Sequence record: SRR22947725_8998
DNA length: 33,244 nt
Strand: one strand, 5' to 3'
Shown: in pieces, positions 8,079 to 16,536 of the stretch
How positions within the stretch are numbered: position 1 is the first letter of the stretch
Layout of the letters: each line of letters starts with the position of its first letter
The notes under the pieces: model-generated
Told to the model about the DNA's origin: nothing
Databases searched by the model: none
What the model saw: only the letters and a program-made list of their open reading frames with translations
Position numbers and translations under genes: made by a program

Positions 8079-10669
8079 GCCCCGGCTCCAGCCGGTCCTG
8101 GGTGCCCGACCTGCCCAGCGTTGCCGATCTGGACGCCTGGGGGATCGACCCGGCGTGGTCGAACAGTGTCGATGTGCCGAGCCACGATGGTGGCACGCAT
8201 CGCTGGCATGTTCTCGACACCGGTCCAACCTTGGCCGCTGCGGGACGCGCGCCAATCGCCACGATGGTCTGTGTCCATGGCAACCCGACATGGGCCTACT
8301 CGTGGGCGACATTTCTGCGCTCGTTCGGTGACCGCTACCGCGTGATAGCGGTTGATCAACTCGGCATGGGATTCAGCGAACGCACCCCACTGCGGCGATA
8401 CGCCACCCGCGTCCGCGACCTCGACGATGTCATCAGCGCACTCGGCCTCGATCCCGACATCCCGCTCACTCTCGCCGCGCACGACTGGGGCGGTGCTGTC
8501 GCGATGGGATGGGCCGTCGACCACTCTGACCAGGTCGCCGGCATGGTGCTGTGCAACACCGGTATTGCTGTGCCCGACGGCCGCAAGTCTCCGTCGATCA
8601 TCAGACTTGCCGCATCTCCTGCGCTCCGTGACCTCGTGTGTCGACGGACGCCCACATTCGTCAACGGCACCACGCTGCTGTCGCGCGGCAAGATCACTGC
8701 TGCCGACCGCGCAGCGTTCCGCGCCCCGTACCCCTCAGCGGCACACCGTGCTGCTGTGGCGGACTTCGTCGGCGACGTTCCGCTTCAACCAGGTGGCGGC
8801 CACCCTTCCGAGGATGCACTTGCCGACGTCGCTCAACGACTTCATGCTGTTGATGCGCCCGTCCTGCTCACGTGGGGCTCGGCCGACCCGGTGTTCAACG
8901 ACGACTTCGCAGCAGATCTTGCGGAACGTCTCCCAAGCACCAGCATCCAACGGTTTCCGACCGCCAACCATCTGGTGATGGCCGAAGCCGACGTAGCGGG
9001 CACCGTCGACCTGTGGCTGTCCGACCGATTCGAACAACCTCAGACCGCCGCCGCCATCCCTGCGGCGCCGACCGCGCGACGATCTCTCTGGTCTGGCCTG
9101 GAGACGCGGCGCGGTGACGATGACATTGCCTTCGCCGACATGGCGAGCGGGAAACGCATCACATGGACTGACCTGGCCGACCGCGTCGATCGAATCGCCA
9201 CCGAACTCGCTGCGCGCGGCCTTCGCCACGGTGACCGCGTCGCGATGCTCACTCCGCCGGGCGTCGAACTCGCTGCCGCGATCTACGGGGTCTGGCGCGC
9301 CGGTGGCGTTGCCGTCGTCGCTGATCGTGGACTGGGACTCTCTGGACTTCGTCGCGCTGTCCGCAGCGCCCGGCCATCATGGGTGATCGGCCCGAAATCG
9401 GCCCTCGTCGCAGCGCGGACATTGCGGTGGGCGCCTCGCGCGCAAGGCGTTGACATCAACGACCTCATGTCTGCCGACGCCTCGGTTCTCCCCAGTGCGC
9501 CTGGAGCGGACGACTTCGCCGCGATCTTCTTCACCTCGGGCGCCACCGGGCCCGCCAAGGGCGTCCTTTACCGACACCGCCAACTCGAGGCCCAGCGCGA
9601 TGCCCTCGCAGCTGCCTACTCCATTACGAGTGCCGATCGACTGCTTGCAGCGTTCGCGCCGTTCGCCCTGTACGGCCCAGCGCTCGGCATCTCGACTGTG
9701 CTCCCAGACTGCGATGTCACCACCCCGGGCAAACTCTCAGCAGCAGCATTCGCTGGAGCCTGCGCGGAACTCGATGCCACACTGGCGTTCGCATCACCGG
9801 CGGCGCTCGCCAACGTCGTCGCAACCGCCAGCGACACATCGGCAGACGCCGCGCTTGAACGGCTGCGCCTCATCATGTCGGCGGGAGCGCCCGTGCCCGC
9901 CGAAACCCTCGCAGCGATCGGCGCGTTGGCCCCGAACGCGGTGATGCACACCCCATACGGCATGACCGAGGTCCTCCCTGTGGCCGACATCGATCTTGCG
10001 GGCATCCAGGCTGCCACCGCAGACGAACCAGCAGGTGGCGTCTGCGTCGGCCGTCCTGTTGCCGGTGCGACGGTGATGATCCTGCCGCTCGATTTCGACC
10101 CCGCAGCCGCTCCGCGAGCGGTCGATTCCGGCATCACCGGAGAGATCGTTGTCAATGCCCCCTGGGTCTCTGATGGCTACCTCGGCCTCTGGACCACCGA
10201 ACGGGCAGCGCGACCCAACCTCGGCGACGGGCAGTGCTGGCACAGGTCGGGCGACGTGGGGCACCTCGACGTCAAGGGTCGGCTCTGGGTCGAGGGGCGT
10301 GCTGTGCACAACGTGCACACATCGGATGGGGTGGTCACTTCCGTGCCCGTCGAACGCAAGGTGGAACGCGACCTCAATCTGACACGCGTCGCCGCGGTCG
10401 GCGTCGGACCGCATGGCTGTCAGCAGTTGGTTGTCGTGCTCGAAGATTCAGCGAGCAACGACGGTCTGGCCTCGACCGACCTCACCGCCCGTATTCGATC
10501 GACGGTGGAGTATCCCGTGGCGGCGGTGCTGACGCTGCGGTCGATGCCCGTCGACATTCGGCACAACGCCAAAATTGACCGCACCGCTGTTGCGGCGTGG
10601 GCCAACGACGTCCTCGCTGGGCGACGTGCGACTGCGCCCGGAGCGCGGCGCCTCCCGGGTCGCCGGTGA
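8075..10669 (+). CDS. oleBC: OleBC fusion: alpha/beta-hydrolase beta-lactone decarboxylase plus AMP-dependent beta-lactone synthetase
   Basis: GTG 8075 overlaps the oleA TGA. N-domain: HGNPTW, AHDWGG, DPVF, ANHLV. C-domain: FFTSGATGPAKGV, TPYGMTE, WHRSGDVG, PVDIRHNAKIDR. Confidence 0.9.
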   Translation: MSPGSSRSWVPDLPSVADLDAWGIDPAWSNSVDVPSHDGGTHRWHVLDTGPTLAAAGRAPIATMVCVHGNPTWAYSWATFLRSFGDRYRVIAVDQLGMGFSERTPLRRYATRVRDLDDVISALGLDPDIPLTLAAHDWGGAVAMGWAVDHSDQVAGMVLCNTGIAVPDGRKSPSIIRLAASPALRDLVCRRTPTFVNGTTLLSRGKITAADRAAFRAPYPSAAHRAAVADFVGDVPLQPGGGHPSEDALADVAQRLHAVDAPVLLTWGSADPVFNDDFAADLAERLPSTSIQRFPTANHLVMAEADVAGTVDLWLSDRFEQPQTAAAIPAAPTARRSLWSGLETRRGDDDIAFADMASGKRITWTDLADRVDRIATELAARGLRHGDRVAMLTPPGVELAAAIYGVWRAGGVAVVADRGLGLSGLRRAVRSARPSWVIGPKSALVAARTLRWAPRAQGVDINDLMSADASVLPSAPGADDFAAIFFTSGATGPAKGVLYRHRQLEAQRDALAAAYSITSADRLLAAFAPFALYGPALGISTVLPDCDVTTPGKLSAAAFAGACAELDATLAFASPAALANVVATASDTSADAALERLRLIMSAGAPVPAETLAAIGALAPNAVMHTPYGMTEVLPVADIDLAGIQAATADEPAGGVCVGRPVAGATVMILPLDFDPAAAPRAVDSGITGEIVVNAPWVSDGYLGLWTTERAARPNLGDGQCWHRSGDVGHLDVKGRLWVEGRAVHNVHTSDGVVTSVPVERKVERDLNLTRVAAVGVGPHGCQQLVVVLEDSASNDGLASTDLTARIRSTVEYPVAAVLTLRSMPVDIRHNAKIDRTAVAAWANDVLAGRRATAPGARRLPGRR

Positions 10670-11673
10670 GCGGCATGAGGGTTCTGGTCACCGGGGCGTC
10701 CAGTCTCATTGGCACGGGAGTCGCACGAGTACTTGCTGACCGCGGTGATGCTGTGGTGTGCTTCCAACGGCGTTTCGTCGACGCGCTCGCAGGCGTCGAC
10801 GGTGTCGAACAACAGCTCGGCGACATCCGTGACAACGAAGCAGTCAGCACAGTCGCTGCTGGTTGCGACGCCATCATCCACCTGGCTGCTCGTGTCGGCA
10901 TCGTTGGCTCCGAAGAGGACTTCGTCAGTGTCAACGTCGGTGGCACGAGAAATGTGCTGACTGCGGCGAAGCACCACCACATTGGGCGAGTTGTCCACGT
11001 GTCATCGCCATCGGTTGCCCACGGCGGCGCAGCCATCATCGGGGCTGGCGCCGACGAACCGACCACCGGTCGGTCGAGGGCATGGTACGCCGAGTCGAAA
11101 GCATTGGCCGAGATCGAGGCATTGGCAGCGTCATCGCCAACGATGGGCGTCGTGGCTGTCCGCCCGCACCTCGTGTGGGGCCCGGGCGACACGCAGCTCG
11201 TCGGCCGCATCGTCGAGCGCTCCAGACAGGGACGACTTGCGTTAGTGGGCGGGGGTCGCGCGCTCGTTGATACCACCTACATCGACAACGCGGTCGATGC
11301 CCTCATCGCAGCGGTCGACAGCACCGCGCCCGGCGCAAAGTGCGCTGGACGGGCCTATGTCATCGCCAACGGCGAGCCCCGTCCGGTTCGCGACCTCGTC
11401 GCTGGAATTTGCGCCGCTGCCGGCGTCCCGTTCGAACCGCGTGACGTACCGCTCAAGACGGCATGTGCCGTGGGTTCGATCCTCGAGCGAGTCTGGCCTC
11501 GGTTGCCGCAGCGGGTCCGCAACGACGATGACGAGCCGCCGCTCACTCGGTTCGTGGCGGAGCAACTCGGTACTGCCCATTGGTTTGACCCTGCGCCTGC
11601 GGCGTTGGATCTTGGTTGGACGCCGGCGGTGAGCGTCGATGACGGCCTGGCTCGCCTCGCCGACTCCTACTGA
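10666..11673 (+). CDS. oleD: OleD, 2-alkyl-3-oxoalkanoate reductase (extended SDR / 3-beta-HSD family)
   Basis: GTG 10666 overlaps the oleBC TGA (ATG 10675 is an alternative). VLVTGASSLIG, IHLAA, VSSPSV, YAESK, RPHLVWGPGD, TYIDNA. Confidence 0.88.
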   Translation: MSGMRVLVTGASSLIGTGVARVLADRGDAVVCFQRRFVDALAGVDGVEQQLGDIRDNEAVSTVAAGCDAIIHLAARVGIVGSEEDFVSVNVGGTRNVLTAAKHHHIGRVVHVSSPSVAHGGAAIIGAGADEPTTGRSRAWYAESKALAEIEALAASSPTMGVVAVRPHLVWGPGDTQLVGRIVERSRQGRLALVGGGRALVDTTYIDNAVDALIAAVDSTAPGAKCAGRAYVIANGEPRPVRDLVAGICAAAGVPFEPRDVPLKTACAVGSILERVWPRLPQRVRNDDDEPPLTRFVAEQLGTAHWFDPAPAALDLGWTPAVSVDDGLARLADSY

Positions 11674-11718
11674 ATCGACACCCAACCTGGCCGCATGGCC
11701 GCTATCGTGGTCCTTTCT

Positions 11719-11793
11719 GGCGACGTGGCCGAGTGGTTTAGGCAACGGACTGCAAATCCGTGTACATGGGTTCGATTCCCATCGTCGCCTCCA
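11719..11793 (+). tRNA. tRNA-Cys (GCA)
   Basis: Cloverleaf: acceptor GGCGACG/CGTCGCC, D-arm GCC-GAGTGGTTTA-GGC, anticodon arm ACGGA-CTGCAAA-TCCGT, T-arm ATGGG-TTCGATT-CCCAT, discriminator T, encoded CCA. TATCGT -10-like box at 11703-11708. Confidence 0.97.
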
Positions 11794-11796
11794 GAG

Positions 11797-11838
11797 ATCG
11801 AGCTCCGTTCGCGCCAGCGACGGGGCTCGATACGTTTT
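11797..11838 (+). terminator. Intrinsic terminator after tRNA-Cys
   Basis: Stem ATCGAGCTCCGT / ACGGGGCTCGAT (one G-U pair) followed by ACGTTTT. Confidence 0.65.
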
Positions 11839-11972
11839 CGGCGTTGATCGGGCAGAACCCCACTCGACAATTATCGGGACCGACCGATGCGCCGTGAGGC
11901 AGGCGGCAGGGGCTTGCCGCAGTCGCACTCATCGGCCAACATGGTCTTTCGCTTGTACTGAGGAGCCCGACG

Positions 11973-12347
11973 ATGCTCGATCACCTGTCAATCCAATGCG
12001 CTGACGTCGCGGTCAGTGCAGCGTTCTACGACGCCGTCCTTGTTGCGGTCGGGGGCCAACGAATTCTTGAGTTTGACGGCCCCACGATCGGCTACGGCGT
12101 TCCACCAATGCCCGATTTCTGGATCGGCCCGAATATGACCGGCAACGGCTTTCGGGAATCCCATATCGCATTCAACGCACCGGATCGCGCTGCTGTTGAC
12201 AGCTTCTTCTCGGCGGGTATCACTGCTGGAGCCGTCGTACTCCACGAACCGAGGGTGTGGCCTGAGTACCACCCCAATTACTACGGTGCGTTTATTCGTG
12301 ACCCGGACGGCAACAACGTTGAAGCCGTGTGCCATCGGCCTGCCTAG
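11973..12347 (+). CDS. VOC family (glyoxalase/bleomycin resistance) protein
   Basis: MLDHLSI..D...SAAFYDAVL, HIAF.A.DRAAVD, YHPNYYGAFIRDPDGNNVEAVCH. RBS GAGGAG. Confidence 0.93.
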   Translation: MLDHLSIQCADVAVSAAFYDAVLVAVGGQRILEFDGPTIGYGVPPMPDFWIGPNMTGNGFRESHIAFNAPDRAAVDSFFSAGITAGAVVLHEPRVWPEYHPNYYGAFIRDPDGNNVEAVCHRPA

Positions 12348-12363
12348 CCGTGGGCGGCCAATT

Positions 12364-12408
12364 CATCCACGACATCCACGACATCCGCGACATCCACGAC
12401 ATCCGAGA
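12364..12408. repeat. 9-bp tandem repeat, 5 copies (consensus CATCCACGA)
   Basis: CATCCACGA CATCCACGA CATCCGCGA CATCCACGA CATCCGAGA, intergenic between convergent genes. Confidence 0.9.
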
Positions 12409-12475
12409 GGGCGACGGAGCCACGTGAGCATGCGGTGATGGTCAATGACGGTTCCCTCGATCGGCGGCGCCCGAC

Positions 12476-13453
12476 TCAGCCGAAGGCTGCGTGGCCGGCT
12501 GGGATCACCTGCTCGAGATAGGACTCGAGAGCATCGTCGTCCACCGGCAATCGGAGCGCAATATTGACCATGTCTGCACCTGCATCGCGGTATCGCGCAA
12601 TCTGCTCGAGTGCATCTTCGGCCGTGCCGGTCAGTGCCCCCTGGGTCACGCGTTCGGCCATCTCGGGGCCCCACTGATCGATGATCCGCTGCAACTCTCG
12701 GTCAGCAGCCGCACGCGTTGCACCCATGTGGAACGCCAGATTCACCGACCGTTCCAGCGTGGCTGGATCGCGGTCGATTGCTTCGCACGCGGCGTTGATC
12801 TGCTGATTGAGCCGTGCGTACTCGTCCGGTCCGACGTAGGGCACGTTCCAGCCCGAGCAGTACTTGGCAGCGATCGCGGGCGTCCGCTTCGGGCCGCGGC
12901 CGCCGGCCCACATCGGCATCGAACCGTTTGTCGGACCAGGAACACAGGTGACCTCGTCGACCCGCGAGTGTTCGCCGTCGTACGTGGTGGTGCCGCCGGC
13001 GAACATTCCCGAGATGATCTCCATCCCGTCACCCAGCATGTCGAAGCGGGTCCCCAAGGACGGAAAGTCGTAGCCGTGCGCGCGGAACTCAGGTTCGTGC
13101 CATCCGGCGCCAAATCCTGGCTCAAAGCGTCCGTCCGAAATGTGGTCGATCGCAACACACGCCTTTGCCAAGAGCGCCGGATTGCGAAACGGGACGCAGA
13201 ACATCAAACATCCAATCCGGGCTGATGTCGTGACTGATGCAAGCGCACCCAATGTCGCCACCGCTTCGAAGTGGGGCGTGGTGCCGCCGTTTGGTGGAGC
13301 CTCGTACAGGTGGTCCCACACTGAGATCCAGTCGACGGCGCCATCGAGTCGCTGCCATCGCTCGATCAACTCCGCCATCGTGGCGTTCTGTTGGCCGACG
13401 TGGACGCCAAGCTGTAGACCGGTTCGACCGCGGCGGTCACGAAGCGATGTCAT
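12476..13453 (-). CDS. LLM-class (luciferase-like) flavin- or F420-dependent oxidoreductase
   Basis: ATG 13453 overlaps the TauD TGA. WISVWDHLY, EAVATLGALA, FRNPALLAK...DHISDGRF..G.GAGWHEPE, WAGGRGPKRT. Confidence 0.9.
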   Translation of the reverse strand: MTSLRDRRGRTGLQLGVHVGQQNATMAELIERWQRLDGAVDWISVWDHLYEAPPNGGTTPHFEAVATLGALASVTTSARIGCLMFCVPFRNPALLAKACVAIDHISDGRFEPGFGAGWHEPEFRAHGYDFPSLGTRFDMLGDGMEIISGMFAGGTTTYDGEHSRVDEVTCVPGPTNGSMPMWAGGRGPKRTPAIAAKYCSGWNVPYVGPDEYARLNQQINAACEAIDRDPATLERSVNLAFHMGATRAAADRELQRIIDQWGPEMAERVTQGALTGTAEDALEQIARYRDAGADMVNIALRLPVDDDALESYLEQVIPAGHAAFG

Positions 13454-14292
13454 GGAGCCTCCAATGCGTCGACGCCGCTCAATTTGTCGCCAGCCAGGGT
13501 GATGCGATGCATCAGCCGGCGCTGCCCGGCGTAGTTGTTCAACGCCCAGTGCCAGGTCGACCGGTTGTCCCACATTGCGATCGACCCGGGCTCCCACTCG
13601 AACTCGTAAGAGAACGGACCCTCTGCCACATGCTGATACAGGAAGCTGAGGAGGGGCTGGGATTCTTCTGGCGTCCAGCCGACGAAGTGTGTTGTGAAGG
13701 CAGCGTTGACGTACAGCAACTTGCGGCCGGTCATCGGATGCCTGGCGACGACCGGGTGAACGGCGCCGCCCGTCGCTTCGGGGTTGTGGAAGCGGTCGTC
13801 GTCTGCTGCGTAGCCTGAGGTCTTGCCGAAGACGTGCTCGTTCGTGTGATGCGCCTGGAGGCCCTCGAGGGTCGCCTTCAATCCATCGGAGAGCGAGTCG
13901 TACGCCGCGCCGACGCTCAAGAACCTCGTCTCGCCGCCTGAGGTCGGGAGGTCGCGGGCCACCAGAATCGAACCACGTGCTGGGATCTGGTCATAGCTGT
14001 GGTCGGTGTGCCAGCCTCCGCCAACGTTCACGTCTTGGTCTGCCTCTTTCAGGACCTGGGCGATCTTCGGGTGAGACGGCACCGGCGTGAAGAACTTGTT
14101 GACGTCGATTGTCGAGAAGCGCTCTGCGAACGCAATGTGCTCGTCCTCGCTCAGCGTTTGCTCGCGAAAGAACAGCACACCGTGGGTCGCCCAGGCCTGA
14201 TCGAGCGCAGCGACATCGCTGCCGGACAGGTTGGTGATGTCGAGGTCGGAAACGACCGCGCCGACGTATTCGGAGACGGGTGCGACCTGCAT
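13450..14292 (-). CDS. TauD/TfdA family Fe(II)/2-oxoglutarate dioxygenase
   Basis: GVLFFREQ, WHTDHS (HxD), GGETRF, HPVVARHPMTGRKLLYVN, WDNRSTWH, RLMHRIT. Confidence 0.93.
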   Translation of the reverse strand: MQVAPVSEYVGAVVSDLDITNLSGSDVAALDQAWATHGVLFFREQTLSEDEHIAFAERFSTIDVNKFFTPVPSHPKIAQVLKEADQDVNVGGGWHTDHSYDQIPARGSILVARDLPTSGGETRFLSVGAAYDSLSDGLKATLEGLQAHHTNEHVFGKTSGYAADDDRFHNPEATGGAVHPVVARHPMTGRKLLYVNAAFTTHFVGWTPEESQPLLSFLYQHVAEGPFSYEFEWEPGSIAMWDNRSTWHWALNNYAGQRRLMHRITLAGDKLSGVDALEAP

Positions 14293-14317
14293 TGATCCAG
14301 TTCAGCAGGTCAGCTGA

Positions 14318-15169
14318 TCAGCCAGCGAGGTCGGCGAGCGACTTGTCGGCCTCGTCGGTGCCCAGCACCAGCAGAATGTCCCCGTCGAGCGTCCCAGAAT
14401 CGGTCGGTACGTCGTCCGGGAGTTCGAGCACCGTGAGGCCACCCATTGCTGTCGCGAGGACATCGGCGTCTGCCTTCGCATCATCAGATGCGTAATACAC
14501 CACGGACTCAGTTGCCTGTGCAGTGCTGTTCGTCGGGGTCCCGACCGTGAAACCAGCGGCTTCGAGTTGGTCAGTCATCCGGCCGGCAGATCCGCTCACG
14601 CCGCTGCCGTTTGCCACGACAACCGTTGAGCCATCGTTCTCGATGGCGTCGGCGTTTGTTGACGCTCCGCTGAGCTCGGCGATCGATTTGTCGGCTTGCG
14701 CGTTGCCGAGGAGGAGGAGCACGTCACCGGTGAATTCGCCCTCGATGGGCGGCTCCTCCGGGAGAGCTTCGACAATCACGCCGCCGAGCTTGGCCGCGAG
14801 CGACGTGGCAACGGCCTGCGCGGTTGCATCGTCGACGTGGTACACGACCGAGTCATCAACCTTCTCAGTGCCGTTGACCGGTGTCCCGACCGTGAAGCCC
14901 TCGAGGGCCAACGCATCGCTCATTCTGCCTGCTGAGCCGCCCGCGATGTTGCCGTTCGCCACGATGACGGTGGCTCCTTCGACCACCATCGCCACGGTGG
15001 TGGTGGTTGCAGGTGCTGCGGTGGTGGCGGGCGCTGCCGTGGTCGCAGACACGTCGGACGGATCCACGGTCGTGGTGGTCGCGGAGGAATCGCCGTCGCT
15101 GCCGCCGCCGCACGCAGCGACAAAGAGCAGAGAACTTGCGAGAAGAGCGGAAGCGATTCGAGAGTTCAC
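14318..15169 (-). CDS. Lipoprotein with two tandem LytR C-terminal (LytR_C)-like domains
   Basis: Start re-called to GTG 15169. Lipobox FVAAC, Thr/Ala linker, then two copies of V.VANG...G.AGRM...L...GFTVGTP.N......SVVY...GD.LL.LG...ADKS.A.L.G. Confidence 0.8.
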   Translation of the reverse strand: MNSRIASALLASSLLFVAACGGGSDGDSSATTTTVDPSDVSATTAAPATTAAPATTTTVAMVVEGATVIVANGNIAGGSAGRMSDALALEGFTVGTPVNGTEKVDDSVVYHVDDATAQAVATSLAAKLGGVIVEALPEEPPIEGEFTGDVLLLLGNAQADKSIAELSGASTNADAIENDGSTVVVANGSGVSGSAGRMTDQLEAAGFTVGTPTNSTAQATESVVYYASDDAKADADVLATAMGGLTVLELPDDVPTDSGTLDGDILLVLGTDEADKSLADLAG

Positions 15170-15174
15170 TGGCC

Positions 15175-15186
15175 CAGTCTCGCAAA
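15175..15186 (-). promoter_or_regulatory. 12-bp motif TTTGCGAGACTG, copy 1 (putative -10 region of a leaderless promoter)
   Basis: Identical to 23655-23666. In both copies GAGACT lies 6 nt before the start codon. Confidence 0.45.
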
Positions 15187-15236
15187 TTTTGCAGGGCGCG
15201 CCGTACACGCAGCGCTGCGCGCCTGCCGCGGATGCC

Positions 15237-15710
15237 TCAACTCAGGTACTTGCCGAGTGCTCCGAGCACCTGTCGCTGCCCGACGACAACCTTGCTTCGT
15301 GCCACCTCGAGGTCCAGCCATGCCGCTCGATCGATCTCCGGAAACTCCTGGACGCGGCCCGACTTCGGAGGCCATTCCATCTGGAAGTTGTTGCTCTAAC
15401 ACTGTGCGGGGTCCATGTCGCCCTCGAGCGCCCAGATGTGGATTTCCTTGGCGCGGTTCTGCCTGAACACTCCGAGGTCGATTGCGGGCCCAGCAGGCAC
15501 TTGCTGACCCATCTCTTCATTGAACTCGCGTTGCGCGGCGGCCCATTCGTCGGTGTCGTCTGCCTCGACCGTGCCCTTCGGAATCGACCAGGCTCCGTCG
15601 TCTTTCCCCACCCAGAGCGGGCCGCCCATATGCCCGAGGAGGACCTCAAGCATTGCTGCCGCATCACCCGGGCTCGTGCGATACAGCAGCAGGCCAGCGC
15701 TCCGGTTCAT
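15237..15710 (-). pseudogene. NUDIX hydrolase interrupted by one in-frame TAG (15396-15398)
   Basis: SAGLLLYR...VLLGHMGGPLW..KDDGAWSIPKG...AAQREFNEEMG...DMDPAQC-TAG-SNNFQMEWPPKSGRVQEFPEIDRAAWLDLEVARSKVVVGQ...KYLS-TGA. The family-typical C-terminus continues in the same frame after the stop. Confidence 0.85.
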
Positions 15711-15792
15711 GGCCCCGAACGTACTCGCGTCGTCCGCACATGACTGCAACTGCGCTCGCCCTGGCTGGGGGTCGCATCGGTACGATGCCAAG

Positions 15793-16536
15793 GTGGCAAG
15801 GCGGCACTCCGACACGACGTGGCGTCGCGCAATTTTGGGATTCGCCCTGGTGGGGATTGTCGGGTGCGGTGGCTCCTCCGCATCCGTGGTCGACGTTCTC
15901 GCAGCGTCGTCCTACACCGACGTTGCCGACGAGCTCGAGACGCTGCTCGAAGACGAGCTCGGCATCGACATCAGATTCTCGTTCGGTTCGTCGGGCACGT
16001 TCCTCGAACAGCTGAACCAAGGCGCTCCGGCGGCAGTCGTGATCACTGCGAACGGCGAGACGATGCGGCGACTCGAATCTGCCGAACTCGTCGACGCAAG
16101 TATTGCGATGAACCGCAACGAGTTGATCATTGTCACCGCCGACACCACCATTGGGCAGTCGATCAACTCCTTAGCGGACCTCGCGGCGTCAGGCGATGCG
16201 GTCACGGTCGTCTGCGCCAGCACGGCGCCGTGTGGGGCAGCCACCGATCAGCTTCTCAAGCAGGCAGGCCTGACGCTCTCGCCGGCCAGCCGCGAACCGA
16301 ATGTGCGTGCCACTCTGACCAAGGTGATCCTCGGGGAGGCCGACGCGGCCATCGTCTACCGCACCGATGCCCGGGTTCGTCACGACCTGCGTTCGGTTGA
16401 GATCACCGACACCGTCGATGTCGTCGGGAGGGCTGCCTCCGTCACAGGGAAGGCAAACGGAGCCAACATCATCGAGGTCCTGGGAAGTGCCGCTGCAGCG
16501 GCGATCCTGGCCGACGCAGGGTTCTCGGCGCCGTGA
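15793..16536 (+). CDS. modA: Molybdate ABC transporter substrate-binding lipoprotein
   Basis: Lipobox IVGC, VLAASS, FSFGSSG, APCGAA, EPNVRATLTKVILGEADAAIVYRTD. TACGAT 6 nt before GTG 15793. Confidence 0.9.
   Translation: MARRHSDTTWRRAILGFALVGIVGCGGSSASVVDVLAASSYTDVADELETLLEDELGIDIRFSFGSSGTFLEQLNQGAPAAVVITANGETMRRLESAELVDASIAMNRNELIIVTADTTIGQSINSLADLAASGDAVTVVCASTAPCGAATDQLLKQAGLTLSPASREPNVRATLTKVILGEADAAIVYRTDARVRHDLRSVEITDTVDVVGRAASVTGKANGANIIEVLGSAAAAAILADAGFSAP

Noticed and set aside
11719..11793. tRNA-Cys as an integration site for a genomic island
   Set aside because: No integrase is present and I did not spot a duplicated tRNA 3' end by eye.
12364..12408. Tandem repeat as a CRISPR array
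   Set aside because: The 9-bp units are contiguous with no spacers, and no cas genes are present.
15396..15398. Genome-wide TAG recoding or pyrrolysine
   Set aside because: TAG ends other genes at their expected C-termini (e.g. VOC), there is only one internal TAG, and no pyl genes are in the window.
14523..15743. Long alternative ORFs (e.g. 14523-15743 +, 22579-23445 +, 19365-20300 -, 1543-2316 +)
   Set aside because: They are antisense or off-frame shadows of well-supported genes, as expected at high GC, and carry no motifs.
15711..15792. Moco riboswitch or ModE box before modA
   Set aside because: The gap is only 82 bp, the start looks leaderless and I saw no recognisable motif.
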